This document shows, one piece after another, positions 13,536-27,699 of a stretch of 64,000 bases of DNA (its first letter is position 1; every line of letters begins with the position of its first letter). The DNA is from Octopus vulgaris (Eukaryota): positions 29,326,001 to 29,390,000 of the forward strand of contig OX597819.1 in the NCBI GenBank assembly GCA_951406725.2, in the 5' to 3' direction. The notes beneath the pieces were generated by a model. The model searched no databases, was not told the origin of the DNA, and was given only the letters and a program-made list of their open reading frames with translations. The position numbers and the translations under genes were made by a program.

Positions 13536-14007
13536 ATTTCTCTACTGGAACTGAAAATTAGTTTTTATCATTCTCAGACTAATTTTCAGTTCAGAAATTA
13601 TTCTTCTTAGTTCAACTATCGAAACAACATTTTGTCACGAGAGTTTTTTTTTTTTGGTTCAGTCTGCTATGATCCTATCTGGTTCTTTTAATAACACCTT
13701 GTTTGAAGTGAATAATGTTTATTTTCAATGATATTCTAGATTAGGTAGTTTTATTGTCTACATGTCTTGTTTCTTTCAAAGTTCTCTAATGTATAGCTTG
13801 TGTACATGAATAAATTGATCGGAACATAAAGCTTCAAATTTCAATGATGATTTTTCTCTTGCAAAAACATAGATGTACTGGATTGTGATGAAGTCTCTCT
13901 CCTTTTGGAAATCCTATGAAAGCCAAGAACTATTACACTGTGTAACATGATTTTTGTCCTTGGATAGCAACTGTTCTTTTCTTTTTGTTTACCCCTACAA
14001 AGTATGA

Positions 14008-14395
14008 GTGGAGGTGCAATGGCCCAGTGGTTAGGGCAGCGGACTCGCGGTCATAGGATCGCGATTTCGATTCCCAGACTGGGCATTGTGAGTGTTTATT
14101 GAGCGAAAACACCTAAAAGCTCCACGAGGCTCCGGCAAGGGATGGTGGTGATCCCTGCTGTACTCTTTCACCACAACTTTCTCTCACTCTTACTTACTGT
14201 TTCTGTTGTACCTGTATTTCAAGGGGCCGGTCTTGTCACTCTCTGTGTCACGCTGAATAGCCCCGAGAACTACATTAAGGGTACACATGTCTGTGGAGTG
14301 CTCAGCCACTTACATGTTAATTTCACGAGCAGGCTGTTCCGTTGATTCGGATCAACCGGAACCCTCATCGTCGTAACCGACGGAGTGCTTCCACA
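14008..14395 (+). mobile_element. SINE family C, tail type 1
   Basis: tRNA-like head TGGCCCAGTGGTTAGG..TTCGATTCC; flanked by acaaagtatga duplication. Confidence 0.8.
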
Positions 14396-14830
14396 CACAA
14401 AGTATGAAAAATCACTAGTATTTCCTTCAAACTTTGCTTTTGTTACATTTACTCAAACCCCACAGAATTCCCCTCAGTACATGGCTATGATGCTCCCCAT
14501 TACTCCTGTTCATGATCAGAAAGGCACATATTCTCAGTTACTAGGGGACATGCTCAAAAGGATAAGGTCAAGTAACTGACAAGCAAATCTGTGGTATTGA
14601 GCAGAATATATTTTTGCTTCAGCAACTCAGTGCTGAATCTATCTGAAATGTAATGGAAAATAGGTCAGTTTCAAATCACTGGTGTCCATATCACAAAAGT
14701 AAAGTTTGAAAGGAATAGCAGTCATTCCCTTTCATTTCCTGATAGAAGCAAATAAGAAATAACACTTACTGACCAAAGAAAAAAAAATTTGTTACACAGT
14801 GTTATTTGTTTATCTGCTGTATGCACTTAC

Positions 14831-14968
14831 ACACCAGCCTTCAAATGCAGACCACAGAATGAATCAGAGATCATATTCAATGGTAAAGCTGACTGAGGTG
14901 TCGGGGGACTCTGGTCTGAGAGTAAATAGAGGATTGAGTTCCTGTTTGTTAATTTGGAATGCTGAGTT
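14831..14968 (-). pseudogene. Probable exon relic of the same pseudogene
   Basis: ttgcttctccatcactAG acceptor, GTAAGT donor. One frame is open: TQHSKLTNRNSILYLLSDQSPPTPQ..LHLKAG. Confidence 0.4.
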
Positions 14969-15499
14969 CTAGTGATGGAGAAGCAATGTTAATTAGTTGT
15001 ACCTATTACAAATTAAATAGACAGAGCTATTTTATAATCAAACATCTTGTGGGATGACGTCAGCAGCTGGGGAGCTGACAGGAACTTGGGGCTGACTGGA
15101 AGAGGAAGGGGCAGGAGTGATGCGCGTGCAGGCAGAGGGGCACTGGGCCTTTTCGATCAGGGTAGCCAACAGAGCTGGACATGTGAGTGCTTTGTCGAGG
15201 TAAGGGAAAAGCAGCTGCTATTTTTAGCATTCAGGTTGGGCCATGTGGAAGGGTGCGTTACCGCCGGAGAGGTCTGCGTCGACGAAGAGAAGGTAGGTGC
15301 CTTTATTTCAAATCTCTTGCATACACCACGCATCTTATTCATGAACAACAATTCAATGCTAGTGATAGAATATGACCCCTTAATTATTTTGGTGCAAGTC
15401 TAATAACCAATGAATATAATTTTTAAATCTATTTTCCATGCTTTCATGGGTTGGACAGGTTGTATCTAAGACAATCACATCATTTGTCGTGACCACTCA

Positions 15500-16319
15500 T
15501 CCTCTTTATGAAGTTTAGCATCCTGAGATAGGTTTACCACTTTTGTCCATATCTGTCTCAGTCTGGCACAGTTTCCTTCCACTTGGATCTTGTCACTTCT
15601 TTACCCAACTATCATCCTTCACACACGTCACATGTCTGTAAGCGCAGCTTCTCTCTTTGCACATCTGATTCCTCTAATACCAAATTATTCTCTCAGCTCA
15701 TTTGATGGCATTATTCAAGCATATGCAGTGAAGCAAGCTTGCATTATTTCTTTCCAGCTGTTGCACATCTACCGCATTCAGTGCCCATGCTTAACGACTT
15801 GGCAGCATTTTGCAATTCATGCGTGAGCATCATAAAACTTACCCTTCACTCAAAGTGAGAATTTCTTTTGTTGCCAACAGAAATAATAGCTCCCTGGATG
15901 TCCAAAAACCTACCCTTACATTCTTATTCTGGCTACTATGCTTTCAGAGCACCTGCTCTGATCCTAATTAGGTCATCTGTTAATAACCTAATGGAGTGTT
16001 GGCACTTGCCAGCTTGGAGAAAGCCTTCAATGGGGTCCTTTGGTTCCTGATCTAGGGATCACAGGGGAAGCTAGAAGTAGACGAATTGCTGGTGATAACA
16101 TAAAGTTTCTCTCTCAGATTAGAAGGCAGATTATATGACACTTGTGTATGAACAGTAATGCTACATGGTTGACAAACATGGGCCATGAATACAGAAGATA
16201 TGTGAAGACAAGAAAGAAATGAAGCTATTATGTTCTGATGGATGTGCAATGTCTGTGTGCATGTATGACAAAGTAAAAATGTGTTGAGAGAACAATTAAG
16301 CATAAGAGGTGTCAGATGT

Positions 16320-16360
<41 letters not shown>

Positions 16361-16422
16361 GAGGGAGAGAAGGGAGAGAGAGAAGGGAGAGAGAGAAGGG
16401 AGAGAGAGAGTGGAGAGAGTGG

Positions 16423-16453
<31 letters not shown>

Positions 16454-16670
16454 GAGAGAGAGAGAGAGACTATGCTGGTATAGTCTTGTGGTGCATGCAG
16501 TTGAGGACAGCTGTATAAGGAAGTGCCAGTTGCTGAACATGGTTGGAATCTGTGAAAGAAGTAGACCTAGAAAGATGTTGGGTGCAGTGGTAGCCAAGCT
16601 CAAGATGGTGTGCATCACAGAGGAGATGACAAAAGACCAAGGTGATTGGTGAGATGCTTGACAAAACCTA
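15500..16670. mobile_element. Two opposed RTE C-terminal fragments; the right one is split by (GA)n
   Basis: GRLYDTCV-like and LREQLSIRGV..LCWY..C pieces on +, homologous pieces on - at 15500-15990. Confidence 0.6.
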
Positions 16671-17242
16671 TTCAATGCAACAAAATTGAGGTCCTGTCAA
16701 GTCATCTTTAAAGACTTGTCTTTAAACAATCATCCTTCCATATCTCTCCTATCTAAGGCACTACCTACTCAAGCGCTGTGAATGATACTATTTATCCCAC
16801 TACACTTCTCATTAAAACTATCCCTTATCACTGCCTCCTCCTCCCTGACCACTCATACTTCTTTCACTTCCTCCCAAACTGATGTTTTCCAAGTGTCCCA
16901 TTCATTTTATCCACTTCTATCCCTATCTGTAACCATCAAACACATTCCTTTTATACTCTCTCAAACTCACCTACCAAGCCAAGGTTTTTTTAATCCCCTA
17001 CTTCTATTCTCTCTTTTTTATTTATTTTGTACATTGACAATAGATCCTCACCATCCCTTCCTTTCCAGCTGAGGAAGCCATGTGCCTCTTCTGTAAAACA
17101 GCTCCTAGCAAGGTGTTGTGCCTACTACCATGCCAAGGAGGGCAGTAGTTCTAAGAACTGACTTGGAATGTGATGACCTGTCCAACCCATGTGGACAAAG
17201 GAAGCAGAAATAAAATGATTATATATATATATATATATATAT

Positions 17243-17454
17243 TCATTTATTTGTTTCAGTCATTTGACTGTGGCCATGCTAGAGCACCGCCTTTAGTCGA
17301 ACAAATTAACCCTAGGACTTATTCTTTGTAAGCCTAGTACTTATTCTATTGGTCTTTTTTGCTGAACTGCTAAGTTATAGGGACATAAATACACCAACAT
17401 CAGTTGTCAAGCGATGATAGTGGTAGTAGTGGTGGGGGCAAACACAGACACCCA

Positions 17455-17508
<54 letters not shown>

Positions 17509-17612
17509 ACGGGCTTCTTTCAGTTTCCGTCTACCAAATCCACTCACAAGGCTTTGGTTGGCCCAAGGCTATAGTAGAAGACACTTGCCCAAGGTGTCCC
17601 GCAGTATGACTA
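17243..17612 (-). mobile_element. SINE family A copy (5' truncated)
   Basis: Same body and tail. Confidence 0.8.
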
Positions 17613-18827
17613 TCCCCACTCAGAAGTGGATGTTCAGTTAGAACACAGAATACAGTGGCCGTTTAATAGAGAGAAACTCGCATGTTGGCTTTTGGTACAT
17701 AAAAGTGGTTTTGTTTATATCACTAGTAGAGGGATAAATCAGTCACCACTGCCAGCACCAAGACCACCAGATCCTGTGATTTTGGCCTTTCCTGGCCTTG
17801 TCAATAGTGGCCACTCTGACACTACAGATAGCAATACACCAAAAGCCAAGATGACAGTTTCACTCATGATAACTACCACAGTATTCTCTGTTCTAACACA
17901 ACATCCACTTTTAAGTGGTGATGACTTATTACCTTTTGTAATTAATACTGTTTCTGTTGCTAATATTTAATTTTTACTAATCACGCTGGTCATTCATAAC
18001 ACCAGTACCTGTTCTGCTACTGTGATTCTATATATATCACTAGCAGAGCTACATAGTTCTGTCTATCTACTGTCGTAGAGAGATACTTTTATACTGACTT
18101 TGAAAGGACAAAAGGCAGAGTCAGCCGTGGTGAGATTTGAAACTAGTGAACAGAGAGTTAGAACAAATACTGCAAAGCATTTCGTGTAATGTCCTACTGA
18201 TCTGGCCAATTCACTGCCACTATAATGTAGAAGGATGTTCAAGATAGAAGCTTTAAAATAATTCTATTATCGACATGCCACTATTTACTCCATCAAATAA
18301 TTGGTCTATGGCAGGAGAAATGCTTCTGATATCCAATTCCATAAGAATACAGACAAAACTCTTGCATAGTTATCAGTCAAAAATTTGATTCTTTTCAGGT
18401 CTGTAAATAAAACTATCATTGATCTAACACTGCATCTTTTCAAATCACTGATAACAATATCAGAACCATAGCCGAGTACAGTATTCAATCTAGTATTCAC
18501 TGGAAGCAGAGTCTCACATGGAGATAATAATCCAATTAAATTTATGAAAAAGTATTTGCATTTAGTTTAAACGAGCATTTAAACTTGCCAGAAAGAATGT
18601 AAAATGGGGGAAAGCAGCAGTTTTTACAAAATTTAGTTTTCTTAAAGTAGAGGGTAGATAAAGAGAAATAAAAATTGTTAAAAAAAAAGTTTACATCTAA
18701 TAAGCATTTTTAATACCCATTATTAAATAAAGATAGCAATATTTTTGAAATATAAATCACTGTTAATATATATATATATGGTTATATACATGCAAATATA
18801 CATGTTTTTATATATGTATACATACAT

Positions 18828-18888
<61 letters not shown>

Positions 18889-19033
18889 AATATATATGCT
18901 TTTATATATATATATATATATACATTGTATTAAATATTATACTTTATGGTCATGAAAATAACCACAGTTGTTGAAATAATAATAATAATAAACATAATAA
19001 TAACAATAACCACAACAATAATAATAGACTTAT

Positions 19034-19294
19034 CCTCATTGAAGTATTAAAAATATTTTCGAAAAAGTTTTGAGAAAACAATGAATGAAATTGATGTTTG
19101 AGGTGTGAACATTGCAAACACCCGTTTTATGACCTCTAGCATATAACCTTGAGATAAATGCTTGTACATGGAGCAGTATCTAAGTTTAAATGCACTATCA
19201 AGAACATTGTGTTTTCTGTTGCAGAAACAATTCACCCTGTAACTCTGTGCAAAGAGAATATGCATCAGTGAACATCTACTTCCACCTAATTATT
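19034..19294 (-). pseudogene. Probable exon relic of the same pseudogene, with mutated donor
   Basis: ttctttcAG acceptor. Donor-like ATAAGT (GT>AT). Coding-like composition with stops. Confidence 0.35.
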
Positions 19295-19809
19295 CTGAAA
19301 GAAAATACCTATTTTATGTAACCAGACGTGTGTATATAATACATATACATAAATACATATGAACTTGTGAGATGTTTAACACTTTTGCGATAATATCTCT
19401 AATAATAGTAAAAGGAATCTTGCACATAAAAAGAATCAAGGCTAGAAGACATTTATCATAAAAATAATGTTCAAAGATAAAGCTAGTTTTAGAGTAATGG
19501 AAAAAGAAAATATGGAAGTAAATATTCGAGGCACTTAAAAAATATATATATTAAAAGCTGTTAAAGCAATAAAATGGAATATTCATAATTTCTGGAAAGA
19601 GGTTTCAAAACAATTGAAATCATTTGAATTTTAACTAGATACAGTAAATAAATAAATAATAAAACCCTAAAAGGAGAAGCATTTTAAAATACACATATAA
19701 CAATGTTTTTGAGCTTAACATTGTATTAATGGCCACGATTACAAGAAAATATAACAATATTAGGTCAATTATAGTTGGACTAACACACACACATGCACAT
19801 TTAAATTAA

Positions 19810-20630
19810 AACATGACAATTTGAAAAACTTTCACGGTGACATTGCTTAACCCTTCCAATACCATATTTCTATAGAAATACACTGCCTTTGTTTCAATCA
19901 ATTCGAAAAATAATGGAGAATTTAGTGAAATAAATTTGTCATTAAGCTGGTACTTGGGACATGAATAAATATGAAATTTTGAAGGAAGGTTTTAATTTAG
20001 ATCACTATAAAACAGGAAGTCTGTATCTTAGGGGCAAAGGTGGTATGAGGTGGGTTGATATCAAAAAGGTTAAATCAGCAATTTCCATTTAGTAAAATGC
20101 AAAATATTCCTGAATGGACTTGTGTGGCAAGTGATATGATGTGAGTGTGTGTTGAATCTAAAACAATTACAGCATGTAAAACACAGACTGGCCATTCAAA
20201 AACACACATAAAATTTTGAACGTCACTTAAACATTTACAATTTGGTGTCAAAATATCCATCGCACAAGTTGCAACCCAGTCACTGATACAATTCTACTGA
20301 AACTCCTTTTCCTAGTAAACAAAGCTAAAATTCGGGCTGTACAAAAAACAAGTCACCAAAGAGAAAGAAAAATGGGAGGTATTCTCTTGGTTAAAAAATC
20401 CAACTTTCTGGTCAGGGAATGAAGAGATTTGAAACTGTGGCAGGCAATTAGTGCAAGGAAAATTTCACCATCAAATAATAAATCTTTAAGTGAAGTTAAG
20501 TTTTTTTGTGTTATTGAATGGCTGATATGTTCATAAATATGTTGTACAATAACCATAGGAGGAATAATGACCATAACACAACATTGATTGCAAACAGAAT
20601 CTGAGGAATATTTCTCCAAGAAAAGTGACT
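19810..20630 (-). pseudogene. NWD-like exon relic (HD2 to first WD repeat), interrupted by a TTAA MITE
   Basis: EHISHSITQKNLTSLKDLLFDGEIFLALIACHS, TARILAL and DWVATCAMDILTP, then NVTVKVF beyond the MITE. Stop at 20353 and a frameshift. Confidence 0.6.
19851..20069. mobile_element. TTAA-flanked piggyBac-like MITE (family 2) inside a pseudo-exon
   Basis: TTAA|CCCTT..AAAGG|TTAA. Confidence 0.7.
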
Positions 20631-21662
20631 AATGTGATTTGTATTAAATTTTAGAAAATTCTGTTTAATTTTTTTCATTTTGATAGGAAGGGATCATGCA
20701 GAAATCCTGAGTTGTGGGACCCAGTCTATGTAACAAGTATAAAGAGCTTTAAAAGGATAAACGTAATTTCTTGTTTCAAACATTTATGTCTCTAATTATA
20801 GAATGATTAAACCATATTTTTAGAGTTATTCTTCAATTGAATTCGACTGGATTGCCTCAACATGTTCTCTCCACCAATCATGGTCTGATGTAGAGGCTGT
20901 GAACTTGAGCTTGAGATGGCTTGGCAGAGTTCTCCTTAATTAAACTAAATAGATACCATAATCATCATCGCTTTAACAAAAACATTTCCATGTTTGCATG
21001 GCACAAATAAAATACATTTTGGTAGATATTTTTATGCTGCAATACCCTTCATGTCACCAGCCATAACAAGATTCCAAGCAAGGTATTATCTCTCCATGAA
21101 CAGATATTGCTTTGGAAGATTGGAAACAAATGACACTGTTTATAAGAATGTGATGCTCTTTTACAACTATCGTGTAAAGACAGGAAAGCACACATACATA
21201 TATACATGTATATAAACTCTAAGGTACAAAAATGAATACAAAACTACTGTCTAGAGAAAATTTCATTGAGTTACAGTAGGGGTTAGAAACTGGAGAATCA
21301 TAGCCTACAGGTAGGTCAATAAGATGTTCCTTGTGATTCACAGATAGTTTCTAAAAAATTTCTTGCATTTTTAAGGGGTTTGTGGAGCATTTGAGCAGTT
21401 GGTGACAAACTTTTGTGCTAAGGTTTGTTTAATTTTTGTTTAAATATACATTGTCAAGAATGGAAGTAAGAGAAAAGGTAAGGATATTTTCAGATATAAG
21501 ATATTATGCAATATACATGTCAACCATGGGAAAAGTTTTAAAATTCAAAAGGTAGGCCATTATACAAAAGCAGTTACTGATCCCAAATTAGAGTAATTCT
21601 AGACTAGATTATATTTCATCAATGGCCATTGTAAAATGGTGATGATAGGGTAAAGGGTAACA

Positions 21663-21981
21663 ACCCCCTTCGGTCATGAATGACCATGGGATTGCATCTA
21701 GAAAGTTTCCCTCTGAGGCACAAGTCTAGGCAAGGTTGTTTATGGAAAACCAGCATTCACCCATGCATACCAGCCTATCCTCTGCATGCAACCAATGTTA
21801 TCCAGGGGAAAAGCAAAGGCCAATACAGCTTGGCACCAGTGATGTCACAGCTCATTTCTACAGCTAAATGAACTGGAGCAATATGAAATAAAGTGTCTTG
21901 CTGAAAAATACAATGCACAGCCCAGTCCGGGAATTGAACTCACTACCTCATGATTGTGAGCCTGATGCTACATGCTTTCAC
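21663..21981 (-). mobile_element. SINE family D (tRNA head, CORE-like domain)
   Basis: Matches 49621-49937; CORE-like GCAAGACACTTTATTTCA. Confidence 0.7.
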
Positions 21982-23081
21982 AATGATAATATTCCATTTA
22001 AACTTCCTTTATATAACTACTTGACTTAAAGTACTTGCTGCTTGCTATATAATCATTACCATCATCATCAGATTAATATCCACTTAGCTATACTTGCAGG
22101 GGCCAGATAAACTTTAGGTAAATTTTTCAATGGATAGGTGCAATTTCCTGTTGCCAACCCTCATTTCTGTCTAAGATAAATATTTCCTTTCCTATTTCAA
22201 ATGATGAACAGCTCAGTGACATGATTTTACAGAGGTTTCTTAACAAATGGCAGTGTTTGTGGTTAATATGCTCTAATAGTTTTAGAAAAGGCTTGTAAAA
22301 GGTTTCAATAGTAAAATGCTAACAAGTTAAAACTCTTCTAAATATCAAAATACCCGTCTTCTGTTATTTGTACGCAAGAGAATTACAGCTTTTGATTATA
22401 TTCTCTCAATAGTGTATTGATAGTATATTTTAATTATGTACTATCAAAGAAGGACTGAATTATTGCTTAGAGGAGATGAGATTGAATCATCTAATACTTT
22501 TTTCATTTCATTTAAATTATTAGATATATTATAATTTTATTTCATGAAAGGAACATGAAATTAAATATATCACAACTTAGGAAATAGATAGGAAGAAAAA
22601 AATATTCAAATTTGAAATAAAGAGAACAATATATCTTTTACTTCATAAATTCTCAAAAGATTTTGAGAAATAAAATTTTTAAAAGTAACAAAAGAGAAAA
22701 CAATCTTTTAACTAAATTAATATTAGAAAGATTATTCCAATATGTGAAGAATTTTTGTGATCATTTTTATTTATGTTGATATTCAAAACATTTATATGAG
22801 TATATTAGACATCCATACATTGCATGTGTGTGTGAGAAAGGGAGAGAGAGAGGTGGGGGGGGAGAAAATAATGTATGTATGTGTGTGTCAATGTGAATGT
22901 ATGTTTCTTGAATTTTCTTATGTGTAATATATCCATACACCTCGGATAATCAAAGTTAATATTACTCTTTTGTCTTGCCAGCTCGCTAATTTATCTCCAG
23001 CAAGCAAGAAGTTAGCCTCTTTAACAAAATAAACAGGTATATTCAGATTTTATAGGAAAGTGAACAGCTAAATAATTTTAC

Positions 23082-23398
23082 CAAGTCTTTTCCCTTTTTC
23101 AAAAAATCAATGGCAACGTACATGAGCAGAAAAGCTATAAAAATATTTCCTTTTATGGCAATAAAAGCAGGGCTGATGATTCTTTCCTGGGTTTCCAACA
23201 CTGGAAAGGTGTACAGAGAAAGTTATCCACACACTGAAAATCTGGCCTGAATGCATGCAACAGAACAAATGCTGCTAAAGAAATGTAAAGGCCAAAAAGT
23301 GGTATTAAACTAGACAAAGAATTAAATCTGTCATCCAAGAATTAAAATGGTTGCTGTGACTTCAGACTATTACACATAAGTTCGACTAATTAAAAATC
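23082..23398 (-). pseudogene. NWD-like exon relic, winged-helix region
   Basis: GFLISRTYV**SEVTATILI/LDDRF resembles GYI-x-x-S-x-x-GLSE-x-EL-x-D-x-LSLDD. GTAAAA donor. Confidence 0.6.
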
Positions 23399-23779
23399 CT
23401 TATTTACAGGACTTGTTAAAAAGAGCAAAAAGCATTTTTTCACGAGCCATTAAGAGAAAGCATTACTATAAGTTACACTCCTTGCTAGAAATAGAAGCTA
23501 AATCTCCTTCAAATCATCATTATCTTGGAAAAAAGGACATTGTGTAATGTAGTTACTGATATAGAAAATTAATGGAATGCCTTTGATCAGATGTTTGCTC
23601 TATCAGGGCTGACCTAGGGCTAAATAACATATCTTTTGAACTACTATTGCAAAGAATCAATTGTTCTGAACAAGGACCGAAATACTTCTTGGAGACTTCA
23701 ATTAAATATAGTCATGAAATGCCAAATACTGAGAATTTTAAACAATATTATAATTAGAAGTTTAGGCTTTCATTTTTTA

Positions 23780-24900
23780 AAAATTACTTCTACTGTTCCT
23801 TCTTTACTTCAATTCAGTTTTTTTGTGTAAAATTTCTGGGTGCTTTTACCAATTTTCTCAGTGTTCTTTATAGTTTATTTCTTTCCATTCACCTAACTTG
23901 AAGTCAGTGGTATTCCAAAACAGCTCAAATGCTTCAATTCATTTTGCTATACCACTTTTTGATCGCCATAAGCCATATACATAGATAGCATCTAGATTAC
24001 TAGTTGTCTGTAGACATTGCCTTTTTTTTTACTGTTTCAGAAATATTGCAACATTTTTCCAAACAGTGGTTAGTAATATTGTTGCACTTCAGACTAATGC
24101 ATTCTGCTTCGTTTCTGTTACTGTTACCATAAGTGTGTAGAATGCCAATTCATTGCTAGACAAACTCGGTGACATTTTTAATCTCTTCATCATTAATAAA
24201 CAAATCTTCTTGTTCTTGATCTTGCAGGCTTTTATCTTTTATAATCATAATCGATTTGTTTGGCTGGCTTTTAGATATAATACATATTGTTCACATACTT
24301 TTCTGATTTTAACTAACAGATCCTCTAATTCTTTCATAGAATCACCGATTAATAATATATCACCTGCATAACAAAGATTAGTCATCTATATATATATATA
24401 TTCCCATCAGCTTTACAGTACATTAAAAGCTTTCAAATGTATTTCACATCTCTTAACAAGATGTAGCTAATAAGAGACAGCCTTACACAACCCCATGGCC
24501 AATGGTGAACCAACCTGCTTTTATGTCACAAAAACCTGTAATGGAAATTTTACCACATCAATTCATGTCCAGAAATGTATTTTTTATGACAATATTCAAT
24601 ATTTTTCAGTATTCTATAAAATATAAATGCATGCTATTTCCATTCAATAATTGCCATGATGGCAGATAAATGTGACCGTAAGCTTGTTTTAGCTTCCTTT
24701 TATTGCCTCTCAAAAGTAAAAGAGGTTGGCCAGACAGAGAGGTTGACAACAAGTGCAAACAAACCTAAGACATTTCTTTTGGTTCGCTGAATTCCAGACA
24801 TAAACCATCTTAAAATAATAAACAAAAAGACAATGACACAGAATATCAAACACAAAAATAAATGTCTGAAATCTCGTCTTCATTTCCAAGTTACTTGGAA
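23780..24900 (-). mobile_element. Decayed RTE/BovB-like LINE RT fragment
   Basis: GWFTIGHGVV*GCLL and TNLCYAGDILLIGDSMKELEDLL (YADD region). Confidence 0.7.
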
Positions 24901-25344
24901 TATTCTAAACTATTAGTTTCTGCCAACTAAGGCATAATGGCACTATATATTAAAGAAATAGGAAACAACAAGAGCCCCTGATTTATTCTAATGGCATGAG
25001 TAAAGTTGCTTTAGCAGGAACTGAATCATGCTGCAGCATTGCCTAGCTGGAAGCTAACTGCTATATCTATGGTATTCACCAACATTCTCAATTAATTACA
25101 AGGAAACATTTCCTCTGTCTAACTGTATCGACATGGAAAATAAACTTTAAGCTAATTACAGATACAGCATTGATTACTTTACATATAACAAAACATCGAC
25201 CTTTCCATTACTATATTTCTAACTAAAATACAACCCTTGGATATTAGCACATGACAGAGATCATAAACTTGTTCAAACTTATGGATTGCAAATCATTTCA
25301 AGGCCTTATTATTTAGAATACTCTGATGCTTTTATATATATTGC

Positions 25345-25608
25345 CTTAATGCAATGCATTTGATTTTTTTTTTTAACTGGCTTTCCATTAACGTTAGGGA
25401 TTGAATTATTCTTAAATTGAAACAAGCCTTTTTTAGAGGTGTGCATCCTTTCATATGCTGCCAACCATCAATAAATGATGATTTTTCACTTAGCTTGTCT
25501 ATAGAAAATAGAGTAACGATATATGACCACAACTGTTGCAGCAGGCTTCAAAGCTATTGTATAGTCGGTAGCTAAACATATTAGCTATACATAACGTGCC
25601 ATTGCATC
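25345..25608 (-). pseudogene. NWD-like exon relic, helical domain after NACHT
   Basis: ggttttAG acceptor. *SLLQQLWSYIVTLFS..W..IIQSLTLMESQLKKKIKCIAL resembles R-x-L-x-x-x-Q-W..L-E-x-x-H-G..AL. Confidence 0.55.
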
Positions 25609-26834
25609 CTAAAACCAGATTTTTAAAAAAAAAACATTATTTTGTAATAAAATGTTAAAAAATGGATTCATATTCCCATTTTATGACTTGGTTCATTGAT
25701 ATTTTATAGAAATCTGTTAATTGTTCATCAATCACATATACCCTTAGATATTTTAGAATTCTTTAACAATTCCTACATTACAGTTTGAAAAAAACAGGTT
25801 CTTACTCTTTTTTGTTACCTTATTGAACTACTTTGTGGTGATGCTAATACCATATCATATATGGAAAACAAATACCATAAAAGCCTGCAGAGTATTAACT
25901 TGTTTACATATAACCCCATTTTTTTATAGACATTTCATTATGCATAAATCTAATATAAAATTACTGAGGATTCCTTGATTTTCTACTCTTTCTTTTTTTC
26001 ATCTTTAATAGCATTTTCCAGTTTCTTTCACAAATTTTAAGTTCTAAGAAGACAATATTATTTATAATTAAAAAGTTAAATTCTTGTTTATCAAAACTTA
26101 TGTATCTCACAGTATTTGAAAATATTTTCAAGGTGTAGCTAAATTACAACAAAAAAAAAAATAAAAATGAAAGAGAAAAATACGGAGTTACTGTCTTAGC
26201 AGAAATAGAGTTTCGTAACAGAATTTGTAAAGCTACTTTGAAAATAAGGATTATGTTGATGAAAAAAAAAAAAGAGGAGAATTATAAGGAATGGGTTAGA
26301 ATTGTGCAAAGAAATAGTTATGAAAGAAAGATTGCAAAGAGAAAAGATGGAAGAAATAATTGAAGAAAGGAAAGAACAGAAATGAAATAGCATGAAGATA
26401 AAGAGACAGATCAGTAATAGTCCAGGAAAGGTACAGTCACATACATGTAGATCATAACATATCTTTCATTATAAATGCACTTTACATCAGAATTGCTGCT
26501 GTTGTTTAACCCTAGGTGAGTCCTAAAGGAAGAGATCTATGATCAAAGTTAATAAACATCATTTGAGCACTAGAGTGAATATAACTGCCTCGTGCTCCTC
26601 CCATCAAAATTACTGGTATTGTGGCAAAATTAAAAAGATTATACATTACTGAAAACCCACGTTCATAATAAGAAGATGAAAACAGCAAAAACGTCTCTAA
26701 GGCATGCCTGAGTTGTATTTAGTTAATTTTGATTCCTTCAAAATTCCAGTTGTTTTTACAAACATCATGTGCTGCTGCAATTTATTTTATATACCCCTAA
26801 AGAGTTCCTCAATTTGAAAACCTCGAGTACAGGT

Positions 26835-26835
26835 T

Positions 26836-26872
<37 letters not shown>

Positions 26873-26938
26873 ACATATATATATACACACACACAGATAT
26901 TATATATACATACATACACATATATACATACATGTATG

Positions 26939-26978
<40 letters not shown>

Positions 26979-27151
26979 TATATATACATACATACACATA
27001 TATACATACATGTATGTGTGTACATATATATATATATATACACACACATATATATACATACATGTATGTGTGTACATATATATATATATATACACACACA
27101 TATATATACATACATGTATGTGTGTACATATATATATATATATACACACAC

Positions 27152-27214
<63 letters not shown>

Positions 27215-27330
27215 CATACATACACATATATTCACATACATTTATAAACATACATACATTTACATACACACATTTACTTGTATATAAATATAGATACATT
27301 ATATACACATATATATACATATTTATATGT
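26835..27330. repeat. (TA/CA) microsatellite with a higher-order unit containing CATACATGTATGTGTGTAC
   Basis: Motif recurs 4 times at ~50-80 bp spacing. Confidence 0.9.
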
Positions 27331-27699
27331 GTGCTTTGTATGTACAATTTATTCAGTATATGATACATAGAATACTCATGCATGCCTGCACACACATATA
27401 TTTTGAAAACGTTTGCTCTTTTATTCTTTTAATAGCTTCAGTCACAGGATGGCAGCAATGTTGGGATGCCATCTCAAAAGGCTTTTAGTCATACTGCTGT
27501 GTCCTCATTTCAATTTAGCACTTATTAATCTATATATTTATCAAATTGCTAAATTACATTTCCTTATTTATTTTTATACACAACACCTTATGATAAGCAT
27601 AAAATAAGACATAGAAAATAGACATAGACAGGCAGTCACACAAGACTGTCAGTGTGTGTCCATATAGGCAACCAAACACACACATAAACACACACAAAA

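Noticed and set aside
14008-14085. tRNA-like sequences at SINE heads
   Set aside because: A and B boxes are present, but they run directly into SINE bodies; not tRNA genes.
26769-27395. Long overlapping ORFs rich in Y/I/H/T/C/V (also 12809-13561, 33197-33542, 60365-60674)
   Set aside because: Translations of (TA/CA)n microsatellites, which lack stop codons.
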